From contig NZ_JBMLTK010000028.1 in assembly GCF_049240005.1 (NCBI RefSeq), positions 8,773 through 72,772 on the forward strand: a stretch of 64,000 nt of DNA, written 5' to 3'. Position 1 is the stretch's first letter; each line of letters opens with the position of its first letter. This stretch comes from Flavobacterium sp. GTDB lineage: Bacteria; Bacteroidota; Bacteroidia; Flavobacteriales; Flavobacteriaceae. The notes beneath the pieces are model-generated. The model ran no database searches. It was not told where the DNA came from and saw only the letters and a list, made by a program, of their open reading frames with translations. This document shows positions 1 through 7,476 of this stretch, one piece after another. Made by a program: the position numbers and the translations under genes.

Positions 1-316
1 CGAAAAAGTCGAGTAAAAAAATACCGACAAACGTGTACAACCAAAGGGGCATTTCGGGTAAGACGTGCAGCAAGCCAAGATCGTATTTGTGCGTGAGGTT
101 TGCGGCCTCCAACAACAGAAACGCCAAAACAAAATTTACTAGAATGGTTGTTCCTGTAAAAAAGAAATTAATTACAGCATGCGACCATTTTTTGTAAGCA
201 AAATTCGCTGCGGGCTTTACGTTTTCGATTAGCCAAAAAAGGGCAATTCCGCCAGCTAAAATACCGGCTCTGTGGTACGATTCTATATGTTTAAAGAACT
301 CAACGATAGCTTCCAT
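1..316 (-). CDS. fatty acid hydroxylase / sterol desaturase-family membrane protein, N-terminal part (runs off the window start)
   Basis: Not in the ORF track because it is truncated. Manual reverse translation from the ATG at 316-314 gives MEAIVEFFKHIESYHRAGILAGGIALFWLIENVKPAANFAYKKWSH...LPEMPLWLYTFVGIFLLDFF. This hydrophobic N-terminus is typical of the family. The diagnostic His boxes lie outside the window. Confidence 0.4.
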   Translation of the reverse strand, partial: MEAIVEFFKHIESYHRAGILAGGIALFWLIENVKPAANFAYKKWSHAVINFFFTGTTILVNFVLAFLLLEAANLTHKYDLGLLHVLPEMPLWLYTFVGIFLLDFF

Positions 317-356
317 GAAATTGATACATTTTTTCAAATATACCAATTTTTACAAA

Positions 357-953
357 TCACTTTAGTTCTCTGAAAGTAAGGTTAATTCGTGGGCCAACTT
401 CTTTTGTGGTTTTTGGAATTTGATGTTTCCAAAAGTGTTGCATACTGCCTTTCATCAATAATAAACTGCCGTCTTCCAATTCCAAATTTATTCTTTGATC
501 GCTCAGTGTATTGTGCTTGAGTTGAAACTTCCGACTAGCACCGAAACTCAGCGAAGCAATCACCGGATTTCGCCCTAACGCACTTTCGTTATCAGCATGC
601 CAACCGTTACTGTCGGCTCCGTTGCGGTATAAGTTTAAAAGTACCGTCGAAAATGAGTTTTCCGCACGTTGCTCGACCCGCTCTTTTAAATGCGTAAGCA
701 GCGGTGTCCAACGGTTTGGTTGCATCACGATACCCGAATAGCCGTATGGCTTTCCTTCATTTCCATAAAGCGCCGTTAATCGCGGTTGTTGGTAGATTTT
801 TCCGAAGATTCGAATCGGATCCGATTGCCAAAGGGTTTCGTGCAGTAACTGCTCAAATAACGTAACGCACTCTTCTTGGCCAATAAATCCAGGAATGTAA
901 ACCAATTCGCCGTCGGGAATATCGAAGTGTATCGGATCTGGTGCAAATAACAT
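357..953 (-). CDS. alkB: AlkB-like 2OG-Fe(II) dioxygenase (alkylated DNA repair)
   Basis: 198 aa. Contains NLYRNGADSNGWHADNE (HxD iron ligands), a distal H in GSMQHFWKH, and RINLTFR at the C-terminus. Confidence 0.8.
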   Translation of the reverse strand: MLFAPDPIHFDIPDGELVYIPGFIGQEECVTLFEQLLHETLWQSDPIRIFGKIYQQPRLTALYGNEGKPYGYSGIVMQPNRWTPLLTHLKERVEQRAENSFSTVLLNLYRNGADSNGWHADNESALGRNPVIASLSFGASRKFQLKHNTLSDQRINLELEDGSLLLMKGSMQHFWKHQIPKTTKEVGPRINLTFRELK

Positions 954-1037
954 ATTTATCGGAACTTCAATACAGATTATTGTTTCTATCGTCTTGTACT
1001 ATTCAACGCAAAAGCCCGTGCTCTTATATAATTCGTC

Positions 1038-1946
1038 TTATCCTAGTTTTGCTTTTCGGTTAATTAGTACAACTGCAATCAGAATTAAGACAATTCCCAG
1101 CCACTGAAAACCGCTTACGCTTTCGTTCAGTAAAAAGAAAGCCATCAAAACCGAAACAGGCAATTCGAGCGAAGCTACAATACTTCCCAAACCTATTCCT
1201 GTGAGCGGAAATCCTTTATTCAATAAAATCGGTGGAATAACTGTGCCGAATAAAGCGAGTATAATTCCCCAAGTGTAAAATATTTCAAAATTAAAGGGCG
1301 TAGATTGTGTGGCGAGGGCAAACGGAAAAACCATGCAAGCACCGCCAATGAGCATCCAAAAGCTCCGTTTTTCGGAAGCTGCACCCGTTGCAATACTGTT
1401 TGCAGTAAACATGGTAGTAGTGAACGAACAGGCCGCTAGAAATCCGAGTGCGAGTCCGCGCCAATCCGGAATGTCTTGTGCTTCAAAAGCTTTCGTGGCA
1501 AGCAAGGTTCCTAATAAAACCACGGCGATAGCCAGTAGTTTAGCAGTGGATGGTTTTTGCTTGCGCAGAATAGCCTCTAAAGCTACGCCAATCCATACCG
1601 TTTGCATCAACAAAACAATGGCAATGGAAACCGGAATAAATTTAACCGATAGATAATAAAAAATGCTGGTAAGTCCCGTAGAAGTACCAGCAATGATTAG
1701 TGATTTTATTTCTTTGGATGTCGGACTCGGTTTTTGAATTTTCGATTTGCCATTGATCCAAACAAGAAGTGCCGTGAAAAGGATTCCTAATGCGAATTGC
1801 GAAGTGGTAACCTCAGCAGTTGTAAAACCTATGCCGCTATCCGATTTATCTGCGTAAGCGAGTTTAACAAAAGTGGCCAGCATGCCGTAAACTGCCGCAC
1901 CTGCTCCTACAAACAGCACTCCTTTCAATACATTTTTTTGTTCCAT
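1038..1946 (-). CDS. EamA/DMT-family transporter
   Basis: About 10 predicted TM helices in two EamA-like halves. I chose the internal start MEQKNVLKG (ATG at 1946). The tracked ORF extension to 2063 would overlap the upstream gene. Confidence 0.8.
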   Translation of the reverse strand: MEQKNVLKGVLFVGAGAAVYGMLATFVKLAYADKSDSGIGFTTAEVTTSQFALGILFTALLVWINGKSKIQKPSPTSKEIKSLIIAGTSTGLTSIFYYLSVKFIPVSIAIVLLMQTVWIGVALEAILRKQKPSTAKLLAIAVVLLGTLLATKAFEAQDIPDWRGLALGFLAACSFTTTMFTANSIATGAASEKRSFWMLIGGACMVFPFALATQSTPFNFEIFYTWGIILALFGTVIPPILLNKGFPLTGIGLGSIVASLELPVSVLMAFFLLNESVSGFQWLGIVLILIAVVLINRKAKLG

Positions 1947-1977
1947 GCGAAAAATTAAGTTCGCAAAGGTACTTTTT

Positions 1978-2646
1978 TCAGCTATTGAAAAACTTAATAC
2001 GTTCCATTCGCATTCCAAAAGGTACGTTTCCGCTCGGAAAGGTGTACGAAACCGATTTACCAACTTTGAGTTTTACGGCTTGTTCGCCCGGCGTTGCAGC
2101 AATAGTGGCGTCGAGTGCGGCTTCCCATTTTTGGTCGATGGTTATTTCAACGGCACCGTAATACAGTTCAGTAATCATATACGCACGTCGTAATCCGGTG
2201 CGGTATTTGTCCCAGTTTTTTGCTTTGAGCTGATCGAGAAGTCGGTCGATGATGATGCGATCGCGGTTCGGAATACTTTTGCCAGTGGCTTCCAAAACCG
2301 AGAATCGCGCATTTTTAACCATGTCTAACTTCGCATCGAGTTTGGCTAACTGCGGAATCCCCAATTGTAAAGCATCGTCGGTTTCAAGTTCTACACTTTC
2401 CTGACTAAAAGCAGCTTCAATACGCGGCAATGTTCGGAAACGCTCCAAGTATTCATCGCATTCGTCTAAACTGATTAAATCCTCAGCTACAAACGCATTG
2501 AAGATATAATTGGGCATACCTTTTCGTTCAAACGAGGGTTTATCAAACCAACCGCCGTCCCAAACGCATTTTCCTAGGGTTAAGTCGGCCAATGCTGCCG
2601 GAATAAGCTCTACATCGTATTTTCTGTAAAAGTCTCTCGCATTCAT
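1978..2646 (-). CDS. hypothetical protein; possible gasdermin-N-like pore-forming domain (see findings)
   Basis: A 222-aa ORF with core-like GC. By-eye similarity to gasdermin N-domain segments: ELIPAALADLTLGKCVW, ESVELE, AYMITELYYGAVEITID, SVSYTFPSGNVPFGMRMERIKF. Confidence 0.7.
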   Translation of the reverse strand: MNARDFYRKYDVELIPAALADLTLGKCVWDGGWFDKPSFERKGMPNYIFNAFVAEDLISLDECDEYLERFRTLPRIEAAFSQESVELETDDALQLGIPQLAKLDAKLDMVKNARFSVLEATGKSIPNRDRIIIDRLLDQLKAKNWDKYRTGLRRAYMITELYYGAVEITIDQKWEAALDATIAATPGEQAVKLKVGKSVSYTFPSGNVPFGMRMERIKFFNS

Positions 2647-2693
2647 AATCGTTCGTATTAGGTTTTAATCTTACGAAGTACGGAAAGTAGCCT

Positions 2694-2726
2694 CAAAAAA
2701 AAATCCCTACTTGTAGGGATTTTTTG
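2694..2726 (-). terminator. rho-independent terminator-like hairpin downstream of the NUMOD4/HNH gene (usable in both directions)
   Basis: aaaaaaaaaatccctac-ttg-tagggatttttt: a perfect stem flanked by A and T runs. Confidence 0.55.
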
Positions 2727-2736
2727 CTTCTCGAAG

Positions 2737-3318
2737 TTATATTTTAATATGACCCCAATTTTCGCCTTTCTTAATTCGGAACAACTGCATTTCGCTGATG
2801 TTGAATTGTCTAGCAAGGGCACGCAATTTAATCTTGCGATTTGGGTCGGCTAAGATTTTTTTCAACTTCACTACATTAGCAACAGTTAATTTACGACCGT
2901 CGCTTTTAATGTTGTGCTGAATGAGTTTGCGTCTGGCTTCTTGTACATGTGGGCTCTTGTTTCCGTGGTCCAACATTTCTTGGTACGTTGCAAACTTCAA
3001 GTTTTCAAGTCGGTCGTTTGCACGCTTGTAATCCAAGTGCAAAACGTAGGTGTGATCTTCGCTAGGTCTTTCCAAGAAAGCTTCAGCTACTAGTTTTCCT
3101 ACAAAAAATACTTTCGACTTCGGACTAACATCGTCGTTAACTTTCACTGGGAGCACACGATATCCATCGCGCTCACCACCTTTTAAAATTTTACCGTCTG
3201 TCATCTCTCTGGAAAAACTTAAAATTCTTCCAAAATTTGAGACAGCATAACGAACTCGTGTCTTGTGACCTAGGAAAATCTCCCTAAATTCTTCTCCAGA
3301 TAATCTTCTGTATCTCAT
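2737..3318 (-). CDS. NUMOD4 motif / HNH-type endonuclease-like protein with a C-terminal HTH
   Basis: YAVSNFGRILS (NUMOD4-like), HLDYKRANDRLENLKF (HNH_3-like H..N..N), and ALARQFNISEMQLFRIKKGENW (HTH-like). Confidence 0.7.
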   Translation of the reverse strand: MRYRRLSGEEFREIFLGHKTRVRYAVSNFGRILSFSREMTDGKILKGGERDGYRVLPVKVNDDVSPKSKVFFVGKLVAEAFLERPSEDHTYVLHLDYKRANDRLENLKFATYQEMLDHGNKSPHVQEARRKLIQHNIKSDGRKLTVANVVKLKKILADPNRKIKLRALARQFNISEMQLFRIKKGENWGHIKI

Positions 3319-3608
3319 AAGGTTCTTTTTTTGTTTGGTTATTCTTAATTAGTTAGAGGGTTTAACTTTGAAAAAAAAATTGAATAATTGTTAATATTTA
3401 AATCATTAATAAATAAACACACGAATACTCAAAAATAAATTCAAAACAAAGTTACGATTCCAAATGTTAAAAACAACATGTATTTCATCGAAAAAAGGTT
3501 TTTCCGTAAAGAAAACTAATTTTTTTTTGTAAGAAAGCGTTTTTGCTGACTCGAGCCCCAAAATAAATTTTGTTTAACGATGTAAAAATGAGTAAATTAC
3601 TCCGTTAA

Positions 3609-4544
3609 ATGAAGATATTTATGCAAAATTTCACATTCTCGGCAAGCCAACTACGGCAACTTTTGGAGCTAAACAGCTTTCCTTATTCTAGAACCGAAAA
3701 GCTTATTTTTGGATTGAGAGGCTGCCTCGCAACAGCAGCTAATCCCGCTAGTTTTAAGACGGAACACAAAATCCAAACCACCGAAGTCAATTACGAAAAT
3801 CCGCGTTGCCTAATTGGTATTTTTAATCCGCTTACCGAAAAAATGGCTCTCTATCCGGGCAGTACCGTTCCGCACTTAAAATACATGAAAAAGCAACAGG
3901 CAGGAACAGGGCGCGCCAATGCTATGCAATCCGGATTTTACGCGTATTACGAAAAAGGTTTTCACAATCCAAGCATCAATGGCGCACATCAAGCCCTGCG
4001 TTTAGCTACTAATATTGTGTTGCGACGAACTACGAACGATCTTGTTTTCACCAACGACGATGCTATTGAAATCGGTAACCCAAACGATAACATTCACGCA
4101 GCCTACGGCGAAAGTCTTACCGGAGCGTACAGCAGCGCAGGTTGCCAAGTCATCTTGGGGCTTCCGAATTCAAAAGGTCGGAATTTTGCACCCAACACCA
4201 GCTACTGGAAACTCTTTCACGATGCCGTTTACAAAGATTCCCCAGCACAAAATCGTTTCTGTTACGCCTTGTTTCGCGGTGCCGACGCCCAGTTTATCTC
4301 CCAAAATCCCGAGGCAATACAAATTCGTTTGCGTTTCGGTTCTAAAGGTCCGCATGTGATTCAACTCCAAAAACGATTGCAAGAACTCGGATTGTTTCAA
4401 ACCAATATCGACGGCGATTTCGGAAGAAACACCTTGCTCGCCGTTCTCGCGTTCCAAAAACAGCACTTTCCTGCAAAAGATATCGATGGAGTAGTGGGAA
4501 AACAAACAGCTCTAAAACTAAATTTGAATTTGCCCACGCTGTAG
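3609..4544 (+). CDS. peptidoglycan-binding-domain protein with an N-terminal Cys/His domain (possible YkuD-like)
   Basis: The C-terminus GSKGPHVIQLQKRLQELGLFQTNIDGDFGRNTLLAVLAFQKQH matches the PG_binding_1 pattern. Upstream is NIHAAYGESLTGAYSSAGCQVILG. No signal peptide is visible. Confidence 0.75.
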   Translation: MKIFMQNFTFSASQLRQLLELNSFPYSRTEKLIFGLRGCLATAANPASFKTEHKIQTTEVNYENPRCLIGIFNPLTEKMALYPGSTVPHLKYMKKQQAGTGRANAMQSGFYAYYEKGFHNPSINGAHQALRLATNIVLRRTTNDLVFTNDDAIEIGNPNDNIHAAYGESLTGAYSSAGCQVILGLPNSKGRNFAPNTSYWKLFHDAVYKDSPAQNRFCYALFRGADAQFISQNPEAIQIRLRFGSKGPHVIQLQKRLQELGLFQTNIDGDFGRNTLLAVLAFQKQHFPAKDIDGVVGKQTALKLNLNLPTL

Positions 4545-4598
4545 TTTATTATCAGCGCTGAGAGGTTTGAAAAAAATGAAGTCATCCCTCTGCTAAGC

Positions 4599-4610
4599 TG
4601 ATAATTGTCA
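4599..4610 (+). promoter_or_regulatory. candidate Crp/Fnr (FNR-type) box TGATAATTGTCA upstream of hemN
   Basis: 7 of the 8 specified bases match TGAT-N4-ATCA. It lies 23 nt upstream of a TAcaTTTG -7 box (4634-4641), which is 14 nt before the hemN ATG at 4655. Confidence 0.5.
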
Positions 4611-4654
4611 TGTTTTCATGCGATTGCCGCCGCTACATTTGCTCAAAAAAGATC

Positions 4655-6004
4655 ATGAATCTCTTTGATAAATACAACACGGCTGCACCGCGCTACACCA
4701 GTTATCCCACTGTTCCCTATTGGGATGAAACTACTTTTTCGACCGTAGTAGCTCTTGAACGCCTGCAACAACAACTCGAAACCGAAAACACGCTCAGTTT
4801 GTACATTCACTTGCCTTTTTGCGAGCGCTTGTGCACGTTTTGCGGTTGTCACAAATATATTACCAAACGCCATGAAGTCGAGCAACCTTATATAGAAGCG
4901 CTGCTTAAAGAGTGGCATCTTTACCTCGAATTATTGCCCGCAAAACCTGTTTTGAAAGAACTGCACTTGGGCGGCGGCACACCAACCTTTTTCAGTCCGT
5001 TGTCGTTAGAGCACTTGCTTACCGAAATTACCAGCTCCGTTGAAGTCGATGCAACTGCCGAACTCGGTTTCGAAGGACATCCGCATTCCACCTCCGCACA
5101 GCATTTACGCGCGTTGCGACGCTTCGGATTTACGCGCGTTAGCTTTGGCGTTCAAGATTATAACCCGCATATACAACAAGCTATAAGCCGACAGCAAACT
5201 TTTAACGAAGTAGCCAAAGTAAGTTTTATGGCGCGCGAATTAGGCTACAAAAGCGTTTCGCACGATTTGGTGTACGGACTTCCCTTTCAGTGTGAAAACG
5301 ATATCATCGACAGCATTGAAAAAACTACAATTTTACGTCCCGATCGCATTTCGTTGTACAGTTACGCACACGTGCCGTGGGTAAAAGGCACCGGACAGCG
5401 CGGTTTTAAAACGTCCGATTTGCCCGAAGGTGCTCAAAAACGCAAGCTGTACGAAATTGCGCGAGAACTGTTACTCGAAAACGATTATGTGGAAATTGGT
5501 ATGGACCATTTTGCGCTGCCCACCGACGATTTGTTTCGCGATAGTTTGTCGGGACAATTGAACCGCAATTTTATGGGCTATACCACCGCCAAAGCCGCTG
5601 TGCAACTGGGTTTGGGTGTTTCGGCTATCGGAAATTCTAAGGCGGCATTTATGCAAAACACCAAAGATTTAAAGCAGTATTATAAGTTGCTCGAAGATAA
5701 TACGTTACCGATAACTAAAGGGCATTTGCTGAGCCATGAAGATTTGTGCATACAGCAGCACATTTTAAATATCATGTGTCGGTTACAAACCACCTGGACC
5801 GACGAGCTGTTTCGGTTCATAGATTTTCAAACCTTGAAAAACAGTTTGCGCACTTTTATGTCCGATGGTTTGCTCGAGCTCACCGAAACGGGCATGCAGG
5901 TTTTAGAGGCCGGCCGACCCTTTTTGCGAAACATTTGTATGGCTTTCGATTTGCGGTTGCAGCGAAAATGGCCCGATATCAAATTGTTCTCCTCGGCAGT
6001 TTAG
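4655..6004 (+). CDS. hemN: oxygen-independent coproporphyrinogen III oxidase (radical SAM)
   Basis: MNLFDKYNTAAPRYTSYPT N-terminus, CxxxCxxC cluster (CERLCTFCGC), and GGGTPTF. I took the start at ATG 4655 because the predicted promoter lies inside the longer tracked ORF. Confidence 0.9.
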   Translation: MNLFDKYNTAAPRYTSYPTVPYWDETTFSTVVALERLQQQLETENTLSLYIHLPFCERLCTFCGCHKYITKRHEVEQPYIEALLKEWHLYLELLPAKPVLKELHLGGGTPTFFSPLSLEHLLTEITSSVEVDATAELGFEGHPHSTSAQHLRALRRFGFTRVSFGVQDYNPHIQQAISRQQTFNEVAKVSFMARELGYKSVSHDLVYGLPFQCENDIIDSIEKTTILRPDRISLYSYAHVPWVKGTGQRGFKTSDLPEGAQKRKLYEIARELLLENDYVEIGMDHFALPTDDLFRDSLSGQLNRNFMGYTTAKAAVQLGLGVSAIGNSKAAFMQNTKDLKQYYKLLEDNTLPITKGHLLSHEDLCIQQHILNIMCRLQTTWTDELFRFIDFQTLKNSLRTFMSDGLLELTETGMQVLEAGRPFLRNICMAFDLRLQRKWPDIKLFSSAV

Positions 6005-6055
6005 GATTTATTTTTTAGGGCACATCCTGCCGTGAAAAATCTGTAAGCGCGGAAT

Positions 6056-6276
6056 TAACGTGGGTTCGACCTAAAAATTTTTATTAGATCGCTTGTAATG
6101 AGTACTTTAATTATAAGAAAATAATCTTCAGGCAGGATTTTTTAAAGCTAACCATTTAAACAGTTGCTTACGGCGTTGTATTTTTTTGAGATACCTCGGT
6201 ATCCCAAAGAAAATACGCCTTGTAATCAACTATTTAAATGATTTCTAATTTCGATTTTTATATCGAACTCACGTTA
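6056..6276 (+). mobile_element. MITE-like element, copy A (~221 bp, 14-bp terminal inverted repeats)
   Basis: Left end TAACGTGGGTTCGA and right end TCGAACTCACGTTA (13/14 complementary). The right ~135 bp (6141-6276) is highly similar to 27018-27153. Confidence 0.6.
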
Positions 6277-6310
6277 TTTGCAATCCGCGCGAAAAAATCG
6301 TTTACGGCAG

Positions 6311-6440
6311 GTCGGGCTGTTCACTGCAAGGCGCACCAGCAAACGGCGTTTCAGCCGCGTGTTGGTTCGGCTTCTTGGGTCGCCGCACCGCCACGGGCTT
6401 CAATTGCCGTTTGCTGGCACGGCTTTCCGTTGCCATCCCT
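6311..6440 (+). repeat. GC-rich structured intergenic repeat (family copy G1)
   Basis: Starts gtcgggctgttcactgcaagg and ends ggctttccgttgccatccct. The ends are shared with the copies at 26788-26922 (reverse), 46818-46890 and 58388-58467. Confidence 0.5.
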
Positions 6441-6632
6441 TGTGCGGAAATGCGTGCAAAAGTGATAAAATATTGAATTTCTTGCAGTTTAACTTGACAT
6501 ACGTCTGTGTTAAAGTGATACTCGTACCATGTAGCTGAACGATCGTGCAGGCTTTTTGGGCATAGCAACGTTGCGAATAAGTACTGGTTAAACTTCAAGT
6601 TAAGTTTGAATCACAATACCATTTTAAAAAAA

Positions 6633-7466
6633 TTAAAGATTAGAAACAACCATGTTTTTATTAAACTTACCAAAAGTATTTGGTGTTTGTTTTGGATTAT
6701 ATGATTTAACCTCTTTAAAAACAAAGTCATGCAATTCTTTAATTGTTATTCGTTTATCTAAATTGAGGTCTGCCTTACCTTGCAATCCTTCAATTAAAAA
6801 ATAGCTAAAAACGCCTTGCTTTAATTGATTGTACTCTAAGCTGTATTCATTAGCTCGGGCAGCAACCATAACAGCTACCTCCACATCATTAATTTTTGTT
6901 GAATTTTGATTTAATGAACGTGATTGACTCTTGATATCTTTTGGAGTGTTTTGCTTTAGTGCTCCAGAGTGACAAGCATCGGCGAATATTAATTTTACTT
7001 GGCATTTTGCTGACTTTATAATATCTTTTAAATCAGAAAAATAAAGTAAGTTATAAGCTTTCCCTGTTTCTGGGTTGTATAATCCATCATGGGGAACAAA
7101 CGCTCCTTGTGTTCCATGCCCAGACCAAAAAAAAATTACCCGATCACCTTCTTGTGCACGTTCAAATAACTGCTTGGCATATTTTATAATGTTTGCCTTT
7201 CTTGCAGTTTCATTTTTTAATACATAGATGTTGCCAACTGGAACTTTACCTCCTTTTTCACTCTTGAGAAAACTGACAAATTTCTCAGCATCATTGACTG
7301 TCCATTTTAAATCTTTTGCGGTATTTTCATATTTGTAATCCGCTATGCCAATCACTACAGCGTAGGTGTTTTTTATCACTTTTTCATTATTATCCTGCTT
7401 GCAAGTAAAGGCCAAGAGAGAGAATACAACTAGAAATTTAAAAAATTGACATTGCAGCTTTATCAT
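6633..7466 (-). CDS. caspase-fold peptidase (Peptidase C14 family), predicted lipoprotein
   Basis: YAVVIGIADY, FFWSGHG (catalytic His) and FADACHSG (catalytic Cys). The N-terminal signal has a lipobox-like LLAFTC. Confidence 0.85.
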   Translation of the reverse strand: MIKLQCQFFKFLVVFSLLAFTCKQDNNEKVIKNTYAVVIGIADYKYENTAKDLKWTVNDAEKFVSFLKSEKGGKVPVGNIYVLKNETARKANIIKYAKQLFERAQEGDRVIFFWSGHGTQGAFVPHDGLYNPETGKAYNLLYFSDLKDIIKSAKCQVKLIFADACHSGALKQNTPKDIKSQSRSLNQNSTKINDVEVAVMVAARANEYSLEYNQLKQGVFSYFLIEGLQGKADLNLDKRITIKELHDFVFKEVKSYNPKQTPNTFGKFNKNMVVSNL

Positions 7467-7476
7467 TATGATAGAA

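Noticed and set aside
1978-4544. Prophage remnant (HNH endonuclease plus cell-wall-binding protein)
   Set aside because: There are no capsid, tail, terminase, integrase or repressor genes. Two suggestive genes are not enough.
4610-4654. N-terminal extensions of tracked ORFs (hemN 4610, EamA 2063, RhuM 23135, exonuclease 42188, FAH 43808, rpmB 46112, kinase 48051, bshC 52763, ndk 57784)
   Set aside because: In each case the extension is non-conserved-looking, overlaps a promoter or a neighbouring gene, and an internal ATG gives the canonical family N-terminus. I therefore used the shorter coordinates.
6056-6072. tRNA-like T-loop sequence (GTGGGTTCGAC) in the left end of MITE-like copy A; I considered a tRNA or tRNA-fragment attachment site
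   Set aside because: No complementary T-stem, acceptor stem or anticodon arm can be drawn around it. The same sequence is simply the terminal inverted repeat of the element.
6494-6508. 15-mer TTGACATACGTCTGT recurring with one mismatch at 60419-60433
   Set aside because: A rough estimate gives on the order of 100 or more chance 14/15 matches in a 64-kb self-comparison. The flanks are only weakly similar.
6238-6598. Three overlapping ORFs (6238..6465, 6278..6538, 6302..6598) rich in Arg, Pro, Ala and Gly
   Set aside because: They lie entirely in the GC-rich intergenic repeat and overlap each other in different frames. Their composition reflects the repeat and does not look like coding sequence.
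7127-7135. Homopolymeric A9/T9 tracts inside the caspase gene just before the catalytic His codon, and inside both kinase genes (10027-10035, 11988-11996), as phase-variation switches
   Set aside because: In DNA this AT-rich with Lys/Phe-rich proteins, several 9-nt runs are expected by chance in 20 kb. There is no evidence of length variation from a single sequence.
1978-7466. Pairing the gasdermin-like ORF with the caspase-fold protease at 6633-7466 as a gasdermin/protease system
   Set aside because: They are 4 kb apart, in different transcription units and different compositional compartments. The protease is predicted to be secreted, and the gasdermin-like ORF has no tail to cleave.
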